This document shows, in pieces, positions 1-7,028 of a stretch of DNA of 10,538 nt (its first letter is position 1; every line of letters begins with the position of its first letter). Where the stretch lies: NCBI GenBank assembly GCA_964347045.1, contig CAYFXC010000007.1, positions 1 through 10,538 on the forward strand. Direction: 5' to 3'. The notes beneath the pieces were generated by a model that saw only the letters and a list, made by a program, of their open reading frames with translations, searched no databases and was not told the origin of the DNA. Origin of the DNA: an uncultured archaeon. Lineage in GTDB: Archaea > Asgardarchaeota > Hermodarchaeia > Hermodarchaeales > Hermodarchaeaceae. A program made the position numbers and the translations under genes.

Positions 1-429
1 GCTGACTTTGAGTTTGCTCATGATGTAGTTGTCGATGAGATCTTCGAGGGGTTGGGGGTTGTCGCTGTTGCCGATTTCTTTGGTTTGGTCGGTGCCGAAT
101 TTGCCTACGAGCATGCGGAGGGCGGTTTTGACTTTTTCGGCGACGCGGTTGTCTTCGTCTTGCATGTGCGAGATGAAGACGAGGAGGAGATCGTCGATAT
201 TGCTGAAGATGTATTTGGCGCCTTGGATGTGGATGGGAAGGGCGGGGATGTCAGTGGATTTGACGTGGCTCATGAATTCTTTGTAGGCTCTGAGGAATTC
301 GCGAATTTGGTCATCGGAGAGTACGACGCGCCAGTATTGTTTACGAAAAATGACATTGGCTTGGAGGCCCACTTCATCTTTGCGAGGGCTGATGCTAAAA
401 AGAATTGCGTTGTGAATAATCGCCCGCAC
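1..429 (-). CDS. Partial (3'-truncated by window edge) longin-like domain protein, probably fused to a small Ras-like GTPase
   Basis: Manual minus-strand translation from GTG at 429 is open for 143 codons to base 1: VRAIIHNAILFSISPRKDEVGLQANVIFRKQYWRVVLSDDQIREFLRAYKEFMSHVKSTDIPALPIHIQGAKYIFSNIDDLLLVFISHMQDEDNRVAEKVKTALRMLVGKFGTDQTKEIGNSDNPQPLEDLIDNYIMSKLKVS. The beta-beta-alpha-beta-beta-beta-alpha-alpha pattern is longin-like. It ends in KLKVS, resembling the strand preceding a GTPase G1 box. Strong codon bias. It is absent from the ORF track because its stop lies outside the window. Possible alternative ATT start at 420. Confidence 0.8.
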   Translation of the reverse strand, partial: MRAIIHNAILFSISPRKDEVGLQANVIFRKQYWRVVLSDDQIREFLRAYKEFMSHVKSTDIPALPIHIQGAKYIFSNIDDLLLVFISHMQDEDNRVAEKVKTALRMLVGKFGTDQTKEIGNSDNPQPLEDLIDNYIMSKLKVS

Positions 430-471
430 ACACCAGGTGGTTTGCTTCGTCAGTTTGAATATCGGAGTTGC

Positions 472-489
472 GTTGATAAGCTTTTTGGC
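472..489 (-). promoter_or_regulatory. Putative BRE/TATA promoter for the longin-like gene
   Basis: Minus strand reads CAAAAAGCTTATCAA (purine-rich BRE followed by a TATA-like box), about 45-55 nt upstream of the start. Confidence 0.35.
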
Positions 490-579
490 ACAAGTGGTTA
501 AGAACTGTTTAAATTAGGTTCTCCTTGAGTAAATTTTTTTAGTGCATAGATGTTTTGAGATGATGCGAGGTCTGACCAT

Positions 580-1830
580 TTGTCGTCGATTGGTGTGTAC
601 GAATTACCCAATTGGTTTTCGAAGCAGGCAGAGAATTTGCTCTTCAATTATCGCACCGATATTCAAAAGCATATGGATCGAATCGAGGAAGCGCTGGTGG
701 CAACAACAGAGACCGCTGAGCAACTACTGGTAGAAGTTGTGATCGATGGCGAAATGACTGTACCTGGCGCGGCCGCGAAATTAGCCAACCGGTTAAAAGT
801 ACTTTTTGATACTGTTGAGTTTCCTGAAGAGATTACGTATACATCAATGGAGGAACTGTTGCATGACTTAGAGGGATATATTCGCGATGTAACGATGGCA
901 GGTCACCGATATATTCGGCGTCTACCGAAAGTGCATAAACGCATTGTCAAAGAATTAGATTACCAATTTCGTACAATCAATCAGGGTTATCAAAAAATCA
1001 AAAAAGTCTGGGAAAAAGAAAAGCTTCCAAAACAAATCGAGCAAATTCAAGAAGATGTCGATGAAATTGAAGATCGATCTCGGCAATTAGTGAAACTTTC
1101 TGAGGATTTAGCTGAACTGCATCAACAAGAAGAGAAAGCAGAAGGACGAGTTGAAAAACATCAGGATGGTATAGAGCAGTTTCGAATGGACTCGGGACTT
1201 GCGGAAATCGATGGAATTCGACGAGAAATTGACAGCATCCGGATGATCGTGACGAACCAATTGAATTTTCTAAAAAAACCCTTTAAAAAGCTCAGCCAAG
1301 CGGCGGGTCAATCGATAATGGTTTCTTCAACCGCTAGTGAAGGCGCTGATGCCTATTCTGCTGACCCCTGGCAAGCCTTTCAAAAGGATACAGAAAGTCT
1401 TGCTCGATTAAAGGCTGGGTTAAATGCTCTAGCTGAAGCAATTCTGGATAATAAACTGAAGTTCAAATCGAGTTTGACCCGTAAGGTGGTTGATCGTCGA
1501 AACCAAGTCATCGAGAAAGGCGCCTTAGATGAATACCGTCTACGCTTTTCCGTTCTTGACACGCGAAAAAATGAGCTTCAATCTTTGGTATCAATTGATG
1601 AACGCCGTCAATTGGAAAAAAACTTAGAACGTGCAAAATGGGAGAAACGGGATTTAGCTGCAGAAATCGCCCATGCCCAAGAACAGATGGAGAAGGTGTC
1701 CGCGAGATTAATAATTCTCCAAAAACGTCTAGAAAAAACACTTTCAAGCATCCTCCGAGGAAACGTTGACATTGAGTTCCCGGATGAAGTAATCACTATT
1801 CTTGGTGAAGATTTAACTGACGAAACCTAG
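580..1830 (+). CDS. Long all-helical coiled-coil protein of unknown function (416 aa)
   Basis: Long ORF with TTG start preceded by GAGGT. Two E/K/Q/L-rich heptad segments (about aa 150-225 and 320-390) flank a more globular segment. No Walker A motif and no TM helix seen. Confidence 0.85.
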   Translation: MSSIGVYELPNWFSKQAENLLFNYRTDIQKHMDRIEEALVATTETAEQLLVEVVIDGEMTVPGAAAKLANRLKVLFDTVEFPEEITYTSMEELLHDLEGYIRDVTMAGHRYIRRLPKVHKRIVKELDYQFRTINQGYQKIKKVWEKEKLPKQIEQIQEDVDEIEDRSRQLVKLSEDLAELHQQEEKAEGRVEKHQDGIEQFRMDSGLAEIDGIRREIDSIRMIVTNQLNFLKKPFKKLSQAAGQSIMVSSTASEGADAYSADPWQAFQKDTESLARLKAGLNALAEAILDNKLKFKSSLTRKVVDRRNQVIEKGALDEYRLRFSVLDTRKNELQSLVSIDERRQLEKNLERAKWEKRDLAAEIAHAQEQMEKVSARLIILQKRLEKTLSSILRGNVDIEFPDEVITILGEDLTDET

Positions 1831-1894
1831 ACTATGCTCTCACAAAGCCTTTTTAGCCCATATCCGTGGATACGATAAATAGAGGCGATGAAGT

Positions 1895-2191
1895 ATGTCG
1901 CAAGAATATCAACCGGTCACACAGAGATATGTCCTTCCAATGACTTCTTATCTCGTCGAACTTGGACGAATGGGCGACCGATGGGCTGTAAAAGTATTCC
2001 GTGGTCCCACTGAAATTAGTACTACACCCTTAACAACTGACCTTAATCATAATGAAATTTTCAACACTATACAAAACAATGTCTCGATGCCAATGTTCAG
2101 TCCTGAACGAATGTTTGGAACCATTGGGCGTATGGTGCAAGAAGCCCGAATCAATGTATCTGGTACTGAAAATACTCAGCCAGACTTTTGA
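1895..2191 (+). CDS. Hypothetical protein, 98 aa (alpha/beta)
   Basis: ATG preceded by GAGGCGATGA; upstream AAAGCCTTTTTAG resembles BRE/TATA. Fills the gap between two genes and has a protein-like composition. Confidence 0.75.
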   Translation: MSQEYQPVTQRYVLPMTSYLVELGRMGDRWAVKVFRGPTEISTTPLTTDLNHNEIFNTIQNNVSMPMFSPERMFGTIGRMVQEARINVSGTENTQPDF

Positions 2192-2229
2192 TTAGATTCT
2201 CAAGAACCACTGGACACTTCAGGTTTTGA

Positions 2230-3447
2230 TTAAGAGCCCGATTCCACAAACTGTTGTATGGCATCCAATGCTGAGTTAAGAGTAGGTGGTGGGGCGAGAA
2301 AGACAAGGCGAAAATGGTTGGCACCATGAATTGGATCAAAGCCGGATCCATGGACGACGAGAACACCAGTTTCATTAAGCAACTCCATGACGAAGGCTTC
2401 ATCTGTGGACCAACGATTGTTAAATTCAATTTTTGGAAATATATAGAAGGCGCCTTCAGGTTTAGAGGCGGATATTCCTGAGATCTCATTCAAGCGCTTG
2501 AACACCAGATCTCGTCGTTGACGCAATCGTTTGATGACATCTTTAAGGTACCCATCACTGTTTTGGAGAGCTATTGCCGCAGCATATTGGGCAGGGGCGT
2601 TGGTACAAATTCGGATACGTGCTTGTTTGAGGATGTGTTCTTTTAATTCATCGAGCTCCTGGTTTTGGTGATGAAAATACATATAGCCGATACGCCAACC
2701 GGGGACAAGGTAGACTTTGGATAGACCATTAAAGCCTATGACTGGTACATCATTAGCCAAAGCTGCTGTACTTTTTGGCATCTGATCATAAACAAGGCGA
2801 TCATACACTTCATCTGAGATGAGGGGAAGGCCAAACTCACCGGCGAGGTTAATGAACGCTTTAACCGTCTTATCAGAATACACCGATCCTGTCGGGTTGT
2901 TCGGATTTATGACAACAATCGCGGCGGTTTTATCGGTGATCTTTGCACGAATATCATCAATGTCAGGTTGCCATCCTTCCTCTTCTATACAACGATATGT
3001 GAGGGCTGAACCATCAAAGAAGCGGACAAAAGCCAAGTAGGGGGGATAGGTTGGTCCTGGTACTAGAACTTCGGATCCTGGATGAACGAGCGCAGCCATC
3101 ACCATTTGTATTCCCTCTGAAATTCCCGCAGTCGCCACTACATCTGATGCGGCAATCGATACTTTGTTAATGCGTTTTTCTTTTTCAACAACAGCCTCTC
3201 TAAAGGCAAGAATACCCGGAGAAGCAGAGTAACCGTTATATCCATCCTTGGCAGCAGAACAAAAGGCATCGACCATAAAAGAAGGAGTTTGAAAATCGAA
3301 GACAATCGGATCACCAATATTTAGATAGGTTATTTGCTTTCCCATCGCCTCAAGTTGTTTAGCGGTAACGACGACATCGCGAATCGCGTATTTGATGGTT
3401 TTAGTTCGATTGGTAATAAGGTTAGAACGAAGTGCTTTGTTTGGCAT
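2230..3447 (-). CDS. PLP-dependent class I/II aminotransferase (AlaA/alanine aminotransferase-like)
   Basis: Motifs LNIGDP, GYSASPG, INPNNPTG, ISDEVY, NGLSK (PLP lysine) VYLVPGWRIGY, PEGAFYIFP, VVHGSGF, HFRLVFL. ATG at 3447 is preferred because AGGTGA lies just upstream; the ORF track starts at GTG 3456. Confidence 0.95.
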   Translation of the reverse strand: MPNKALRSNLITNRTKTIKYAIRDVVVTAKQLEAMGKQITYLNIGDPIVFDFQTPSFMVDAFCSAAKDGYNGYSASPGILAFREAVVEKEKRINKVSIAASDVVATAGISEGIQMVMAALVHPGSEVLVPGPTYPPYLAFVRFFDGSALTYRCIEEEGWQPDIDDIRAKITDKTAAIVVINPNNPTGSVYSDKTVKAFINLAGEFGLPLISDEVYDRLVYDQMPKSTAALANDVPVIGFNGLSKVYLVPGWRIGYMYFHHQNQELDELKEHILKQARIRICTNAPAQYAAAIALQNSDGYLKDVIKRLRQRRDLVFKRLNEISGISASKPEGAFYIFPKIEFNNRWSTDEAFVMELLNETGVLVVHGSGFDPIHGANHFRLVFLAPPPTLNSALDAIQQFVESGS

Positions 3448-3457
3448 TAGTGTCACC

Positions 3458-3489
3458 TACAAAAAAGAAGGCACAGACTAAGACTGTGC
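3458..3489 (-). terminator. Hairpin plus U-tract; possible histone-gene terminator or aminotransferase operator
   Basis: Perfect inverted repeat GCACAG(3471-3476)-N7-CTGTGC(3484-3489), followed on the minus strand by CTTCTTTTTT, about 50 nt downstream of the histone stop. Confidence 0.45.
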
Positions 3490-3499
3490 ATTAGAACAC

Positions 3500-3514
3500 A
3501 TATTAAACCTTAAG
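3500..3514 (-). promoter_or_regulatory. Putative TATA box for the aminotransferase
   Basis: Minus strand TAAGGTTTAATAT, about 55 nt upstream of ATG 3447. Confidence 0.4.
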
Positions 3515-3538
3515 ATTATTCGTTGTCAGCTGGAATAA

Positions 3539-3778
3539 CTAGCGCCGAGTCTTTTTCCACTGTTTATATGCGAGTTTGACATCTTTACGAGTGACAGTTT
3601 TTCGTCCTGCAAACTCTGAAAGTTCTTTGGCGATGGTAGCAATTTCAATTCCTAGCTCTTCAAGAACTTCTCCAAGTTCTGTGGCCGCGTGCTCGCTTAC
3701 ACGTTCGGCTCCAGCTTTACGAATCAGTCGGTCAATAGGTGCTAGAGGAACAATTCGAGTTGATTTTTCTCGGGGCAT
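3539..3778 (-). CDS. Archaeal histone (HMf/HPh family), 79 aa
   Basis: PLAPIDRLIRKAGAERVS...LEE...AGRKTV..KDVKLA aligns without gaps to HMfB. The second ATG (3778) has a GGTG ribosome-binding site upstream; the ORF track uses 3793. Confidence 0.95.
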   Translation of the reverse strand: MPREKSTRIVPLAPIDRLIRKAGAERVSEHAATELGEVLEELGIEIATIAKELSEFAGRKTVTRKDVKLAYKQWKKTRR

Positions 3779-3933
3779 AAGTAACACCGGCATCTTACTA
3801 AAATAACCGTTCTTACTGCCCCTACTTAAGTTTTACACCGATTAAAAGCCCAATCTTTATAAATGCTGTATTAACCCTCTTTATTCGAACCAAAGAGCAG
3901 CTATACAGCGATTATCCTAAAAATATCGTATGT

Positions 3934-4278
3934 CTAGCTAGTAGGGGAAGAAGGTTTTTTCAAGATTTCTTTGACGACATCCAACCATTCTACCCCAATA
4001 CGCCAAGAAGATACTCCTTCATCGGCTTGCTGGACCATTTGCTCCAGAAAATGTTTGTCAAGCTGTTGTTGCATTCGTGTCAGAATTGTACCAACGGTGA
4101 CAAGCCCCATCACAGGATTTGCTTTTTTTGCAAACCGTGCAAGTTCAGAGGTGGTATGCCACATCCCGTCACTGAGACAGCGTAGTAATTCACGTTTGAC
4201 CTGGTCTTCTTTGACCATCTTTCGAAGAAGTGTGAGTTTCTGGCTTTCTACAGATGATGGTTTATGTTCGGGTTCCAC
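3934..4278 (-). CDS. Putative winged helix-turn-helix DNA-binding protein, 114 aa
   Basis: RELLRCLSDGMWHTTSELAR...GLVTVGTILTRM...FLEQ...SSWRIG fits helix1-strand-helix2-recognition helix-wing. GTG start with upstream GAGG. Confidence 0.7.
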   Translation of the reverse strand: MEPEHKPSSVESQKLTLLRKMVKEDQVKRELLRCLSDGMWHTTSELARFAKKANPVMGLVTVGTILTRMQQQLDKHFLEQMVQQADEGVSSWRIGVEWLDVVKEILKKPSSPTS

Positions 4279-4339
4279 AAGTAGTCCTCGACAGTTTTTG
4301 TCAACGGCAGGTTTTAAGCAATTCGCCGTGAGAGGAAAA

Positions 4340-4363
4340 TCAAGGTTTCAAGGCTTCAAGTTT
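4340..4363. repeat. Three imperfect tandem 8-mers (TCAAGGTT TCAAGGCT TCAAGTTT)
   Basis: Read directly in the divergent wHTH/uppP intergenic region. Confidence 0.5.
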
Positions 4364-4461
4364 ACTGACGGATAGACTAAAAAAAATGAATGGCGCTCTT
4401 TCTAAGAAGCCTAATAGGGTAACAATAATATCATCGAAGACCAGCCTCAGTGATATCCATC

Positions 4462-5304
4462 ATGATCATTCCTCTTCTGATATTAGCAGTATTGCAAGGA
4501 CTACTCGAGTATCTCCCAGTGAGTAGCGAGGGCCAGATATTCCTAGTAGGAGTAAATGCGTTCTATTTTGAACCAGCCTTTGTGTTATCACTTGTGTTTT
4601 GGTTGCATTTAGGAACCGCATTCACAGTTATTATTTTTTATCGTCGAGATATCTTCAGCAGATTATATAGGCGATTACAGCCTCCGAAAGATGAGGCAAA
4701 CGGCTCAGAACCCACTATGCTAATTGGTCCTCTCTTTGTGTTTATTGTCGTAGGAACTCTTGGAACTATCTTGACTGCACTACCCTTGTATTTTTTTCTA
4801 AAAAGCTGGGTAACGTTTCTCATGGGTAGTATTGTAACCCTCTTCATTGGCTTTTTGCTTATTGTAACTGGCGTAGTACTTTATTTTCAACGAGGAACAC
4901 AAGGTGATCTTAGATTAACCCATATTTCCCTCCGAGAAGCCTTTGCAATCGGATTGCTTCAAGGTGTTGCCGTACTTCCAGGGATAAGTCGATCTGCTAT
5001 GACCCTAACTTGGCTTCTTGTAAGAGGCGTAGAACGTGAAGAAGCACTTCGACTAAGTTTTCTTTTAAGCGTCCCCGCAACTGTTGGCGTGGTTGCCTTA
5101 GACTTAATCATTGAAGGAGCCATACTTATTCTACCGTTATCGATTCTTCTGGTCTTAATTCTGGTAGCCTTTTTTAGCGGTTTGATTACGCTCGCTCTTC
5201 TTCGATATTATGCAATTCGGGTACCCTGGTGGATCTTTTGCCTGATTTTAGGCATCATTGTCGTGGTGCTTACGTTTCCAACGATTGTCATGCCAATTCC
5301 ATGA
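4462..5304 (+). CDS. uppP: Undecaprenyl/polyprenyl-diphosphate phosphatase (BacA/UppP family)
   Basis: QGLLEYLPVSSEG, HLGT, QGVAVLPGISRSAMT and LSFLLSVPA motifs; multiple TM segments. ATG 4462 follows an RBS-like GTGAT; the ORF track starts at GTG 4450. Confidence 0.92.
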   Translation: MIIPLLILAVLQGLLEYLPVSSEGQIFLVGVNAFYFEPAFVLSLVFWLHLGTAFTVIIFYRRDIFSRLYRRLQPPKDEANGSEPTMLIGPLFVFIVVGTLGTILTALPLYFFLKSWVTFLMGSIVTLFIGFLLIVTGVVLYFQRGTQGDLRLTHISLREAFAIGLLQGVAVLPGISRSAMTLTWLLVRGVEREEALRLSFLLSVPATVGVVALDLIIEGAILILPLSILLVLILVAFFSGLITLALLRYYAIRVPWWIFCLILGIIVVVLTFPTIVMPIP

Positions 5305-5336
5305 AGTAGAGGCGATATGCTTTAATAGAGGTGTAG

Positions 5337-6017
5337 ATGACCCTCGCACAGAGGTCCGAGAAAGTGACATTGAAAACATCAGGAAATCGCGCCGAATACA
5401 AAGCCATGGCGATTGCTCAAGACCATGCGGGTATTGTTTTGCAGGCGGCTAAAGCGCTTCGAGTAATGATTGAAGATTGGATGGAGGGACGAAAGAATCG
5501 TCTCCGTGATCATTTCAACAAGTTAGCAACCCTTGAAAGGAAAGCTGACAATATCAAACGAACACTCTTAGACGAATTATCCATTTCAGAAACTATGCTC
5601 CGACGTAGCGATTATTTACGACTGGTGATGCGCACTGACGATATCGCAGATCTTTGCGAAGCATCCGCATGGGACCTCTCAGGGCTAGAAGAATTCCATC
5701 CAGACACAAAAACCCGTGAACATTTCAAAGCCATGCTTGATCCGGTATCCGATGCGGTCTCTAAAATACGGCAGGCAATTATGTTTTTAGAACAGAACTC
5801 TGACAAAGCAGTCGAATTTGCAATGCAGGTTGACCTAGCTGAACGTGACGCTGATGCAGCACACCGAAGCTTTACCCAATTTCTATACCAGTCCAACCTC
5901 GAAGTTCCAGTTCTTTTACGGTTGAAAGACTTGGGGCAACACTTAGAGGAAATTGCCGATGCCGCAGAAGATGCGGCAGACGCAGTCCGAATTATTGCTA
6001 TTGCTCGCGTCCCATAG
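5337..6017 (+). CDS. DUF47 / PhoU-like phosphate transport regulator
   Basis: Duplicated helical motifs LERKADNIKR...DDIADLCE and AERDADAAHR...LEEIADAAEDAAD; about 225 aa; RBS GAGGTG. Confidence 0.88.
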   Translation: MTLAQRSEKVTLKTSGNRAEYKAMAIAQDHAGIVLQAAKALRVMIEDWMEGRKNRLRDHFNKLATLERKADNIKRTLLDELSISETMLRRSDYLRLVMRTDDIADLCEASAWDLSGLEEFHPDTKTREHFKAMLDPVSDAVSKIRQAIMFLEQNSDKAVEFAMQVDLAERDADAAHRSFTQFLYQSNLEVPVLLRLKDLGQHLEEIADAAEDAADAVRIIAIARVP

Positions 6018-6075
6018 TACTTCTTTTAAACCTCCTATATACAGAATATTCAGAGTTGTATCCGTGTGAATTGAA

Positions 6076-6636
6076 ATGCCAGTGGCTAAACGTATTCCAG
6101 CTCAAATTGTAGAAAACAAAGTCGTCATTTGGAATCCTGAAGATGGATCAAAGCTGTATGGAGACGGTTTTTATGGAAAGCCGTTAGGAATTAGAAAACC
6201 CAAAACCACGGAGTTTGATCGGCCTTCTCAACTCTCCTTTTTTGAAGCGTTGCACCTTATTCGCAAAGGAAAAATCGTAGTCTACACTGATGAATCATCT
6301 TCGCCCTTAAAGGAAAAAGACCTCATTGCTGTTGCAGAACAACAACACAAAGATTTCAGCCGGAAATACCAAGTTTATGAGGATTTACGGAAACGCGGAT
6401 TCATTGTACGCCCGGGGTTAAAATTTGGCGCAGATTTTGCTGTCTATCGGCACGGTCCAGGAATTGATCACTCTCTATTCATTGTCGAAGTCATTGCCAA
6501 ATCAGATGAAGTCTCGGCAATTGAAGTCGTACGTGCCGGACGCCTTGCAACTTCAGTTCGAAAGAGATTTGTTTTAGCCACTGCCTCTGAGTCAGGAAAG
6601 GTACGATATTTCGTGTTTTCATGGATTAAACCTTAG
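6076..6636 (+). CDS. endA: tRNA-intron lyase (splicing endonuclease), catalytic alpha subunit
   Basis: LSFFEAL, VYEDLRKRGFIVRPGLKFGADFAVY(Tyr)RHGPGIDH(His)S and GRLATSVRK(Lys) give an intact catalytic triad; single-unit length of 186 aa. Confidence 0.96.
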   Translation: MPVAKRIPAQIVENKVVIWNPEDGSKLYGDGFYGKPLGIRKPKTTEFDRPSQLSFFEALHLIRKGKIVVYTDESSSPLKEKDLIAVAEQQHKDFSRKYQVYEDLRKRGFIVRPGLKFGADFAVYRHGPGIDHSLFIVEVIAKSDEVSAIEVVRAGRLATSVRKRFVLATASESGKVRYFVFSWIKP

Positions 6637-6716
6637 TAAATTAAAAAAGATGGTAGTTTTAACCATTGGATTTTTATGAGGCTTTGTAGAGTTCACTTAC
6701 ACTGACGTGATGCCAT

Positions 6717-7028
6717 ATGAGTAAAGCAGAAAATGCCAAGAAAGTCCTAGAACTTCTAGAAGAAGCATGGAAAGTCAAATCTGCAATTCTTCTAACAGAT
6801 GATTACCTTTACATGATGTACAAAGTTGATGAGGGAAAATGGAAAGAAGTGAGCTTTATTTTTGATGATGCAAGCCTCGAAGAACGCGATCTCGATTCAG
6901 AAAAAGCCTTAATGCTACTATTAGAAGAAATTACAACTGGATTACCAAGTTACGATTCTTACACTACCGTTCTTGACAATGATACACGTGAAACCGTTAA
7001 AGAAAAAGTCCAAGCCGCCGCAAAATAA
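6717..7028 (+). CDS. Hypothetical acidic protein, 103 aa
   Basis: ATG with upstream GTGAT and a TATA-like TTTTTATG; helix plus beta-meander plus helices; no recognisable family. Confidence 0.75.
   Translation: MSKAENAKKVLELLEEAWKVKSAILLTDDYLYMMYKVDEGKWKEVSFIFDDASLEERDLDSEKALMLLLEEITTGLPSYDSYTTVLDNDTRETVKEKVQAAAK

Noticed and set aside
29-501. Plus-strand ORFs 52..501 and 29..286
   Set aside because: Antisense shadows of the minus-strand longin-like gene, kept open by its codon bias; no recognisable motifs.
580-1830. Assignment as SMC/Rad50/SbcC or ESCRT-III
   Set aside because: No Walker A/B, ABC signature or CxxC hook; length and pattern do not fit a Snf7/PspA core by eye.
2189-2191. TGA as selenocysteine
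   Set aside because: Lies in a disordered acidic tail with no redox motif and no recognisable SECIS nearby.
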